Shown in pieces: positions 13,369 through 25,300 of a stretch of DNA of 64,000 nucleotides; positions within the stretch are counted from its first letter, which is position 1; the number at the start of each line of letters is the position of its first letter. The stretch is from Scyliorhinus canicula (taxonomy: Eukaryota). The position numbers were made by a program, and so were the translations under genes. The notes beneath the pieces are model-generated. The model was not told the DNA's origin. It did no database searches and worked only from the letters and a program-made list of their open reading frames with translations. The stretch is from contig NC_052171.1 in NCBI RefSeq assembly GCF_902713615.1, positions 19,193,952 through 19,257,951 on the forward strand. Direction: 5' to 3'.

Positions 13369-16300
13369 TAAACTAATTTGGCAGGGGGCTGGGAAAACGA
13401 GCTGTAGTCCAGAAGCCAGTGTTGAGAGTAGTGAGGTACTGAGGAGGGTATCAAGGTCGCAGGAGTGTACCGGAAGACAGGAAGGTGGGTTGAAGTGTGT
13501 CTACTTCAATGCAAGGAGCATCCTGAATAAGGTAGGTGAACTTGGAGCGTGGATTGGTACTTGGGACTACCATGTTGTGGCCATTACGGAGACATGGTTA
13601 GAACAGGTTGTTGGAAGTTCCTGGGTATAGATGTTTCAGTAAGAGTATGGAAGCTGGTAAAAGAGGTGAAGGAGTAGCATTATTAATTAAGGATAGTTTA
13701 ACGGCTGCAGAAAGGCAGTTCGAAGAGGATCTGCCCACTGAGGTAATATGGGCTGAAGTTAAAATAGGAAAGGAGCGGTCACGTTGTGAGGAGTTTTCTA
13801 TCGACCGCCAAATAGTCATAGAGATGTGGAGAAAGAAATTGCAAAGCAGATTATGGATAGGTCTGGAGGTCTCAGGGTAGTTGTCATGGGTGACGTTAAC
13901 TTTACAGATATTGATTGGAACCTCTATTGGTCAAACAGTTCAGATGGGGCAGTTTTTGTACAGTGTGTGCAGGAGGGTTTCCTGACTCAATATGTGGATA
14001 GGCCAACAAGAGGTGGGGCCACATTGGATTTGGTACTGGGTAATGAGCTGGGCCAAGTGTTAGATTTGTTTGTGGGAGAGCACTTTGGAGATAGTGACCA
14101 CAATTTGGTGTCTTTCACTATTGCAATGGAGAGGGATAGAGCCATAAGGCAGGGCAAGGTTTATAATTGGGGGAGGGGTAATTATGATGCGATTAGGCAA
14201 GAATTAGGGAGCATAAGATGGGAACAGAAACTGTCAGGGAAAGGCACAAATGAAAAGTGGAGCTTGTTCAAGGAACAAATACTGCATGTCCTTGATAGGT
14301 ATGTCCCCGTCAGGCAGGGAGGAAATGGCCGTGTGAGGGAAACATCGTTCACAAAAGAGGTTGAATGTCTTGTTGAGGAAAAAGGAAGCGTATGTAAGGA
14401 TGAGAAAACAAGGTTCAGTTGGGTTGCTTGTGGGGTACAAGGTAGCAAGGGATGAGCTAAAAAAGGGCTTAGGAGAGCTAGGAGGGGACATGAGAAGTCC
14501 TTGGCGGGTCGGATCAAGGAAAACCCCAAGGCTTTTTACTCTTATGTGAGAAATAAAATAATGACCAGGGTGAGGTTAGGGCTGGTCAAGGACAGTCGTG
14601 GGAACTTGTGCATGGAGTCAGAAGAAATAGGAGAGGCTTTGAATGAATACTTTTCTTCAGTGTTCACCAATGAGAGGGACCATGTTTTTGAGGATGAGAG
14701 TGTGATACAGGCGGGTAGGCTGGAGGAGGTAGATGTTCTGAGGGAGGATGTATTAGCAATTTTGAAAAACCTTAGGGTCGACAAGACCCCTAGGCCGGAT
14801 GGGATATACCCCAGGATTCTTTGGGAGGCAAGGGATTAGATTGTAGAGCCTTTGGCTTTGATCTTTGGGTCCTCACTGTCCACGGGGATAGTGCCAGAGG
14901 ACTGGAGAGTGGCAAATGATGTTCCTCTGTTCAAGAAAAGGAATAGGAATGACCCTGGTAATTATAGGCCGGTTAGTCTTACTTCGGTGGTCGTTGTTAA
15001 TGGAAAAAGTCCTGAAAGATAGGATTTATGACCATTTGGAAAGATGCAGCTTAATCCGGGATAGTCAACACGGATTTGTGAAGGGTAAATCTTGCCTCAT
15101 AAATTTGACTGAATTCTTTGAGGAGGTAACTAAGTGTGTAGATAAAGGTAGAGCAGTTGATGTCGTATACATGGATTTTAGTAAGGCATTCGATAAGATT
15201 CCCCATGGTCGGCTCATGAAGAAAGTAAGGAGGTGTGGGATAGAGGGAAATTTGGCCAATTGGATAAGTAACTGGCTATCACATAGAAGACAGAGGGTGG
15301 TGGTGGATGGAAAATTTTCAGACTGGAGACCAGTTACCAGCAGTGTACCACAAGGATCAGTGCTGGGTCCTCTGCTATTTGTGATTTTTATCAATGACTT
15401 GGAGGAGGGGGCTGAAGGGTGGGTCAGTAAATTTGCTGATGACACCAAGATTGGTGGAGTAGTGGATGGGGTGGAGGGCTGTTGTTGGCTGCAAAGAGAC
15501 ATTGATTGGATGCAGAGCTGGGCCGAAAAATGGCAGAAGGAGTTTAACCCTGATAAGTGCGAGGTAATTCATTTTGGTAGGAAAAATTTGAATGCGGATT
15601 ACAGGGTCAACGGCAGGGTTCTGAGGAATGTGGAGGAATCTTGAGGGAGATCTTGGGGTTCATGCCCACAGATCTCTGAAGGTTGCCACTCAAGTGGATA
15701 GAGCCGTAAAGAAGGCCTATAGTGTGTTAGCATTTATTAACGGGGGCTTGAGTTTAAGAGCCGTGGGGTTATGCTGCAACTATACATGACCCTGGTGAGA
15801 CCACATTTGGAGTATTGTGTGCAGTTCTGGTCATGTGGAAGGATGTGGAAGCATTGGAAATGGTGCAAAGGAGATTTACCAGGATGCTGCCTGGTTTGCA
15901 GGATAGGTCTTGTGAGGAAAGGTTGAGGGAGCTAGGGCTTTTCTCTTTGGAGCGGAGGAGGATGAGAAGCGACTTTAAATAGAGGTTATAAAATGATGAG
16001 GGGGATAGATAGAGTGGACGTTCAGAGACTATTTCCTCGTGTGGATGTAGCTATTACAAGGGGGCATAACTATAAGGTTCAGGGTGGGAGATATAGGAGG
16101 GATGTCCGAGGTAGGTTCTTTACTCAGAGAGGTGTGGAATGGACTGCCTGCTGTGATAGTGGAGTCGGACACTTTAGGAACTTTCAAGCGGTTATTGGAT
16201 AGGCACATGGAGCACACCACAATGACAGGGAATGGGATAGCTTGATCTTGGTTTCGGACAAAGCTCCCTGTCCCTGTTCTCCCCGAGGGAGAATTGAGAA

Positions 16301-19300
16301 TGTCTAATTCACCTAACAGCACGTCTTTCGGGACTTCTGGGAGGAAACCCACGCAGACACGGGCTGCACGTTCAGACTCCGCACAGACAGTGACATAAGC
16401 CGGGAATCGAACCTGGGACCCCGGGGCTGTGAAGCCACGGTGCTAACCACTGTGCTACCGTGCTGCACACACGGTGTCCTGCGCAGGGTCGAAACAATGG
16501 CTTGCAATTGGCTAGTTCCTTCAGGGGAAGAAAATGCCCCGAGCTGGTGCAGGAAATGTCTGTCTGTTTGCACTTGTGTGAAACAGCTCGGGGCATTTTC
16601 TTCCCCTGAAGGAACTAGCCAATTGCAAGCTACTGTTTCGACCCCGCGCAGGACACCGTGTGTGCAGCACGGTAACACGATGGTGCCACAACCATTCCAT
16701 TTCCTGCACTGACAGGGCAGAGTCCCTTCACCCAGCCCTCAGTTGGAAAAGTTGTTTTTTTCCTTCTGCACGCCAATCATGTCAGTTTAAGGTTTTGTCA
16801 CATTCAAGGTGTTCTTTTGCAAGTTGTCTGGATTGACATAATCTGAAAATGCCTGGCAGTGAATGGATTCCTTTTGGAAGGTTACTGCCTGGCTGTGAAT
16901 GGATTCCTTTTGGAAGGTTACTGCCTGGCAGTGAATGGATTCCTTTTGGAAGGTTACTGCCTGGCTGTGAATGGATTCCTTTTGGAAGGTTACGCCTTGC
17001 TGTCACATTGAGGAGATGAAGAATGAGGGAAAGGTTTTTACCTGATAAAGCTGGCGATGTAGACATTCACAAAGGTCGCCATAAGATACTGGCAATCAAA
17101 GCGGTCCATGATGCCACCGTGCCCCGGTATGGTGTCAGCAAAGTCCTGCCAAGACAACAGTCTGCTTTGATCATGGGAACGCCACATTTTCCTCGTATGC
17201 GCGCAACCGAGTGTCGCTGGACAGATGTTTCAACAAGGTCACCTGTCATTCTTCGAAATTCCAGAGGCCTGATCAAATGTTTGGAGAAGCGGAGAGAGTT
17301 GCGACGGAACAGTATCTGACTGAGAGTACAGGTCGCAGACACATCCCTGAGGAAGAGTCTTCTCATCGAGGTCCATAATAAGCACAAGTGAGGGTTGCAT
17401 ATCACAAAGGATTGTGGAGCAAGTGGAAATGATAAGCAGAGGTCTGAGAACTCCTGCCCAGCAGCAAGGTGGTGAATGGAAATGGGACGTCAATTACGTT
17501 AAGACACAAAGGTGAAGGAGGTTGCTTCATTCCGTACTTGCAGAAATACTCGCTGAGAGAGAGATTACTCAGTATCCCTTGCTCTTTTGATTTATCCCTT
17601 ACTTTAATTTAATTGGTTGGTTCAACCGCACATGGTACAGAGCGAGATTATCATAGAATTTACAGTGCAGAAGGAGGCCATTCGGCCCATCGAGTCTGCA
17701 CCGGCTCTTGGAAAGAGCACCCCACCCAAGGTCAACACCTCCACCCTATCCCCATAACCCAGTAACCCCACCCAACACTAAGGGCAATTTTGGACACTAA
17801 GGACAATTTATCATGGCCAATCCACCTAACCTGCACATCTTTGTGACTGTGGGAGGAAACCGGAGCACCCGGAGGAAACCCACGCACACACGGGGAGGAT
17901 GTGCAGACTCCGCACAGACAGCGACCCAAACCGGAATCGAACCTGGGACCCTGGAGCTGTGAAGCGATTGTGCTATCCACAATGCTACCGTGCTGCATTG
18001 GTGGGTCACAAGCAGGCGTTTGCAATGCTGTGCTCTCCAAATAAACCTCCTGTCACGAGAACTATCTCTGTCCAGTATCACGTTCATCAACAGGCTTGGG
18101 ATCCAATTATCAGTCACATTATTCCCACTGTCAGTTTTGCCGAACATTAGGATTGGAATAAGTTATGTAATTTGTTCTTTCGGAGGGGAACATGGCCGTC
18201 ACTGGCTTGGTCAGCATCTGTTGCCCATCCCTATTTGCCCTTTGAGAAAGTGGTGGTGGTGAACCGCCTTGGTCCCGCAGCAGTCCATATGGTGTAGGTA
18301 CACCAACCGTGCAGTGAGAGAGGAAGTTCCGGGATTTTGACCCAGCAACAGTGAAGGAACGGAGATACATTTCCAAGCTGGGACGGTGCTATTTTGAGGG
18401 ATTTTAGACAACCCAATTAATTTTTTCCAATTAAGGGGTAATTTAGCGTGACCAATCCACCTACCCTGCACACCTTTTGGGTTGTGGGGTGAGACCCACG
18501 CAGACATGGGGAGAATGTGCAAACCCCACACGGACAGTGACCCCGAGCTGGGATCGAACCTGGGACCTCAGCGCCGTGAGTCAGCAGTGCTAACCACTTT
18601 TACCTTCCCAAGTACTTTGCCACTTGGCTCATCCGAGGGTGACTCCTCCAGGCTGACTGGCATCTCAAAAGAGGAATTGGAGGGGACTCATTTGGAGGGT
18701 TATTGGGAGGTGAAACGATGAAGCCATGGTGACGCCTCTGGTTTGGAAATCCAGAGGTCCAGGCCCATGCTGGACAAATACCTTGTCCATTTGAACATGG
18801 GTTCAAATCCCATCACAGCACCCGATGAAGCAAAAAGCTCGTCTCAAGTCACGGTGACTGTGAAACCATCATCGATTGTCTTACAAACCCATCTGGTTCG
18901 CTCGTGTCTTTTGGGGAAGGGAATCCATCGTCTTTACCCGTCTGACGAACATGTGACATAGAACATAGAACGATACAGCGCAGTACAGGCCCTTCGGCCC
19001 TCAATGTTGCACCGACATGGAAAAAAAAAACTAAAGGCCATCTAACCTACACTATGCCCTTATCATCCATATGCTTATCTAATAAACTTTTAAATGCCCT
19101 CAATGTTGGCGAGTTCACTACTGTTGCAGGTAGGGCATTCCACGGCCTCACCACTCTTTGCGTAAAAAACCCACCTCTGACCTCTGTCCTATATCTATTG
19201 CCCCTCAATTTAAGGCTATGTCCCCTCGTGCTAGCCAACTCCATCCGCGGGAGAAGGCTCTCGCTGTCCACCCTATCTAACCCTCTGATCATTTTGTATG

Positions 19301-22300
19301 TCTCTATTAGGTCACCTCTTAACCTTCTTCTCTCTAACGAAAACAACCTCAAGTCCATCAGCCTTTCCTCATACGATTTTCCCTCCATACCAGGTAACAT
19401 CCTGGTAAATCTCCTCTGCACCCGTTCCAAAGCTTCCACGTCCTTCCTATAATGAGGCGACCAGAACTGTACACAATACTCCAAATGTGGCCGTACTAGA
19501 GTTTTGTACAACTGCAACATGACCTCATGGCTCCGGAACTCAATCCCTCTACCAATAAAGGCCAGCACACCATAGGCCTTCTTCACAACCCTATCAACCT
19601 GGGAGGCAACTTTCAGGGATCTATGTACCTGGACACCGAGATCCCTCTGCTCATCCACACTACCAAGAATTTTACCATTAGCCAAATATTCCGCATTCCT
19701 GTTATTCTTTCCAAAGTGAATCACCTCACACTTCTCCACATTAAACTCCATTTGCCACCTCTCAGCCCAGCTCTGCAGCTTATCTATGTCCCTCTGTAAC
19801 CTGCAACATCCTTCCGCACTGTCTACAACTCCACCGACTTTAGTGTCGTCTGCAAATTTACTTACCCATCCTTCTGCTCCCTCCTCTAGGTCATTTATAA
19901 AATGACTGCGGCACAATGTCTGGTCGTATGTCCGACCTGCTCTGAACTGCCCTCAGAAATGGGCTAGCAAAGCTCCTCAGTTGTAGGGCAATGGGGGAAT
20001 GGACGCCCACATCCCATGACGAGAGTACAGGGGGAGAGAAAAAAAACCAGACAGACTGGGTTCCCGGCTATGTTGCAAGATTGCAACAGCCTATTTTGTG
20101 TGCGGTATGATTTGATGGTTTTTATCTCTTGCTGTGCGGGGCGGCTCCCAGCATTGCATAATCTCGTCTCTGTGCCTCAGACAGGAAACAAAGGATTATA
20201 AATACCTTGATCTTGAACGCTCTCTTGAAACCGCTGGCAAAGAATCCTCCAAAAGGGCTGATGAGTGAGGCGAAGGAGGAAAGGGCGATACTGTGGATCT
20301 GGAAGGGGTATAGCCGGACAGTCTCCTACGGGAACGAGACAAGAGGAAGCATAAATAATTCACGGATAATCGTTTCTATTTTGTCCATTTCAAGTTGGAA
20401 CATTTAGCTTTGAGGGGCTGAGTTTCTGACCCTTGTTTTGGTCGCACGCAGGCTGAAGAATTGGCAGGAATGTCATTCAATGTGTCCTTTTATTTGGACG
20501 AGTGAAAGAAGTGCTTGCGACCGACCGGCGGTGCAGAGTCCAAAAAAAATCAGCCCCTCAAAACTTGACGGACTCACAGTTTCGTACCCAGCCTAGAAAG
20601 GATTGGAAAAGACAGGGGATGGTGTAATCCTGCAGCTGGAACAGCTCCGACGGCTCACAGTCCACTGTGAAGCTGTTTGCGTCACTATTGAACTCATACG
20701 GGCAGACAAAGTACTTGTATCCGGACATCACATAGGACAGCTGTAAAAACAAAGAGAGACGGCAATGAAGGAGAACGGCCACAACCAGGTGGCAGGCTAC
20801 ACGTCACGGTGAACGGGAGCCTGCTGTGTCATTCACCGGAAACCCAACGCAAACATATTCTCCCTGGAATCACAGAGCACAGGAGGGAATTCGGCCCATT
20901 TGTCCCGTGCTAGCTCTTTGAGAGCAATCCAATTATCTAGCTCCCTGAGGTTTTTCCTTTTGAGAATTTAATCAGATTCTCAGCGCACTCCCCCTCCCCC
21001 CATGGTGACTGAATTCCCCCTGTTCTGGGATCGCTCTGATTAATCGCCTCTGTCCAAGCCCTTTCTTGCCTAACTTTGGAACAAAAAGCAGTCCCTTTTA
21101 ATCTGCAACCATTACCTGTGGGTGTCAATTACTTGGGCCCTTGCCTCTCAAACTAAAAGGATGGAATTCAGTCAGGGAAACATTTTTGTCACAATCTCCA
21201 AAGCGACATTGCACATATCACCGCTGCTGCTGTTTTGAAACCACTCTGTTTAATGCAGGGACTTCCTGACTCAAAGGGGACGCTCGTGAGACACAACTGT
21301 ACTAACGAATTATCGGAGCTCTTGCTTTTTATTCAAACCCCGTCCACAGCGATAGTTTTGTTGATTCTCACCAGGGCACCAAATAGAACGGTTGAGAAGA
21401 ATCCTCCGATGAATCCTTCCCAGGTCTTCTTGGGGGACAGCTGTCAAGACACAGACAAAACTGACAATCAGATCATTTTTAAAAAAAGATTAGCACATTG
21501 AGAGGATTGTTGTTGCACCCGTTGTTTTGCAACTTGTTCTTACAAGAGGTGGAGAGAAGTAACTTCAACAGTGATGTGAAAACAATCTGCATCAGGCTGT
21601 TTTCTCATTTTGAAGAGCCTTTCCAGCACAGAAACAAGCTGATGTTTATGCTCCACACGATACACTTCACCCCCCCCCCCCCCCCCCCCCCCCCCACACC
21701 CTTCGTTATCTCACCCCAACATCATGCCCACCTTTCTTCCTCACGGATTTATTCAGTTTCACCTTAAAGGGATACAAGCGTAATGCCGCCACTACTTCCT
21801 GTGGAAGTAAATTGCTGCGGAGTTCTCTCCGAGATCAGCGTTAGGATCTTGCTCTGGACTAACTTGTGTTTCAGTGAATAAATCTAAACCAAGGGGCGGC
21901 CTACCCGCAGCCGAAGGCAGACTGGATTGACAATGCGCTCTCTAGCTAGTTCAACGCCGTGCCCCGTCTTTATGACCCCTAACCGGTAAAGCCTCACTCT
22001 TGGCCATTCCCTCCGTCCGCTCGTAACGGGTGTCCTGTTAGGCCTTCATTGCCTTGTAGCTGATTAAGAGACAAGACACCAGTGAAGTGCAGAAAATTCA
22101 GTCAGGATTGACTTGTGGAAATAAGTCTGACAACACCAGGTTAAAGTCCAACAGGTTTGTTTCGAATCACTAGCTTTCGGAGCGCTGCTCCTTCCTCAGG
22201 TGACTGAAGAAGGAGCAGTGCTCCGAAAGCTAGTGATTAAAAAAAACCTGTTGAACTTTAACCTGGCGTTGTCAGACTTCTCACTGTGCTCAGACCAGTC

Positions 22301-25300
22301 CAACGCCGGCATCTCCACGTCAGGATTAACTTGGACACTGGGTTCTCGGGCGATCGCTGCACATGGAATTTTCTTGGCCAGGGAAACTTCAGTCCCAGAG
22401 AGCCATCGGGTGGAGAAAGTGCAGTACGACGCTCCCTCCGCAAGCACCCTCCCAGCCTCAACCGGAAGAGAGCTCTTCCTGCAGCTACCTGACATTTCTC
22501 CCACTATCTGTCCTGCGGCCTTCTCTGAGCAAGCTCCCTCTGTTTTTGGCAGAGTTTTAAGTCCCTGCTCCCGGTGGTAGTGTCTCTCTGTCGCCCCGCC
22601 CACTGACCTTGATGAGTGGAGTTCTGCCAAAGAAGAATCCGAACATGTAGGCCATGATGTCATTGCAGATCACACAGGAAATGGGTACGATGAACCTGAG
22701 AAAAGGGGAACAAAAGATAAATCAACGTCTGGGGGACAGAAATGCCCACAGATCTATCAGGGCCCTGGATTTTTAATCCACCCACTGGAAACAGTAGCTG
22801 ACAATTACATTCTGAATGGTGCTGTGTTCCATGCTGTTAAATGCAGCATTTCTGCTCATGTTACCCATGACTGGGCTTCTGGCACTGAAATACTCAAGTG
22901 GAGACTCTCAACCTCGTCTCTCTCGCAGTTAACCCTGCAGCGGGCTGGTCCCAATGTAGGCTTGCTCGGAAACCAATGCACGCTGTGTTTCATAACACCC
23001 ACGGTAATTTAAACTCAGGTTCTCTGATGGGACAGGATCAGACCTCAATTGGAGGCACAGTGCTTGCGTGCCTCAGAGACTGATGAGTTGGACAGGGTTA
23101 TGCCAGCATTATATTTCCAAGGCTCGAGTGTCTTTGTTGAGCTTGGAGCCTTGGCCTACCTACACATGGTGTTCGGATACACGAAGGGAGAATTCAGAAT
23201 ATCCAATTCACTGAACAGCACGTCTTTCGGGGCTTGTGGGGGGAAACCCACGCAGACACAGGGAGAACGTGCAGACTCCGCACAGACAGTGAATCGAACC
23301 CGGGTCCACGGTGCTAACCACTGTGCTACCGAGAGATTTTAGCAGTGAAACACTGTGCAAAGTTCTCAGAGGCACTTAAACAATGTCAGAAAGCTCATCG
23401 CAAAGGCGTGCATTTCTCTTTGTGCTGACTGGGGTGTCCAAGGGGTGTGAAGGGTCCCCATAAGGAAATCCTGTGTCGGTGAAAGGCTGAAGTGGACAGA
23501 AACAGGAGCCAATGAAAATGAGCCAAGTTTACACATTGGTGGGCAAAGGAACAGGTTGTCACGTACCAAATCATCCCATCAAAGAGGTTGTGGATGATCA
23601 GATGGGACTGAGTAACGACAATCAGCAATGTCACATGGGTCCATCCAAACTGTGAAGGAACAAAGAACATCATCAGATAAACCCCTGGCCGGACCGCCAA
23701 CCGTTTTCGCCAACTAACAGCCAAAGTGTGGAGAAATGGGGGTTCCAGGGCTCTGGCACACTGCACCAAGCTGTGCCAACTGGCTCAAAACCCTGGACAG
23801 GGCTGATCTGGGGTGAATAGAATCAGTCTCACTTCTGAGGATGTGGGAAACAGCGTGGTTACAGGGACCAGCTCTGCACCCAGGAAACTACAAACTACAG
23901 AGAGTCGTGAACACAGCCCAGTCCATCACACGAACCTGCCTCCCATCCACTGACTCCATCGATACCGCCCGCTGCCTGGGGAAAGCGGGCAGCATAATCA
24001 AAGACCCCTCCTATCCGGGTTAATCTCTCCTCCAACCTCTTCCATCGGGCAGGAGATACAGAATCTAAAAACACGCACGAACAGACTGAAAAACAGCTTC
24101 TTCCCCGCTGTTACCAGACTTCTGCATGACCCTCTTATGGACTGAACTGATCTCTTGAAACATCTACCATACTGAGTAGCACTCCGTATGCTTCACCCGA
24201 TGGCTGTGTCTATGAATTTACGTTGTGTATTTATCGTATGTCCTACGTTTTTCATGTCTGGAGCGATCAGTCTGGACAGCAGGGCAGCAGGGTAGCATGG
24301 TGGTTAGCATAAATGCTTCACAGCTCCAGGGTCCCAGGTTCGATTCCCGGCTGGGTCACTGTCTGTGTGGAGTCTGCACGTCCTCCCCCTGTGTGCGTGG
24401 GTTTCCTCCGGGTGCTCCGGTTTCCTCCCACAGTCCAAAGATGTGCGGGTTAGGTGGATTGGCCATGCTAAATTGCCCGTAGTGTCCTAATAAAAGTAGG
24501 GTTAAGGGGGAGGTTGTTGGGTTACGGGTATAGGGTGGGTACGTGGGTTTGAGTAGGGTGATCATGGCTCGGCACAACATTGAGGGCCGAAGGGCCTGTT
24601 CTGTGCTGTACTGTTCTATGTTCTATGACTACGCAGAACAATACTTCTCACTCTCCATCAGCACACATCACAAATCCAAATCAATCACCCAACAATGTGC
24701 AATGGAGACTGGGTGATTACTCTCCTTCCCCATTCAATTGGTTCCTCCCCAGCTTACAGCCCATCGAAGCAGACCAGTACGCCTTGGCAAATTGAGATAA
24801 TGGACAACACCGAGGTTGGGACTAGTGGCAGCACCAGTTGAAAAGTGAATGTTTTATTCTAACGTTGAGTGGTTTACATACCATGTAGAACTGCAATCTG
24901 TAGTGCTTCTTCACCAGACTCAGGACAAACATGCAAAATCCTAGGAACAAAACAAAAATCATTGGTCTGGTGCCTGAAAGAGGACTTGCTGAAACTAGCT
25001 CAGTCCCATTCCAATAGGCTGTTTGTGGTATGCAGTTCAACAGGCCCCCTCAGGAGCTACTGGGCACTTCCCGGGATGATCCCACCTTCGATCCTGCTGC
25101 TGCACTGAGTTGGCTATTCTGAGGCATGATGGCGGCCGAGGTGGAGAAGCAGGAATGCTGCACAGGAAAAGGGAGATGAAGCATGGAACGTGCAGCACAC
25201 AAGTCATTCAGTCCAAACGTCTATGCTGGCCTCTCAGCTCCGCACCAGCCTCCTCCCACCCGATCGACAGGTCCGTCTCCTCCTTTATCCCTCCTGTGTT

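Noticed and set aside
16850-16993. 36-bp repeats with an internal hairpin resembling CRISPR repeats
   Set aside because: Head-to-tail with no spacers, in a vertebrate intron, no cas genes
19047-19916. Domesticated reverse transcriptase gene (289-aa ORF)
   Set aside because: 5'-truncated CR1 lacking the N-terminal RT motifs and a genuine start; an open frame is explained by recent insertion
20251-20265. LISPFGG where human CDS2 has LIGPFGG
   Set aside because: Small-residue substitution outside the catalytic signature; no basis for claiming altered function
24282-24360. tRNA genes at SINE heads (here and in all copies)
   Set aside because: They continue into V-domain and LINE-type tails and lack a proper cloverleaf and terminator
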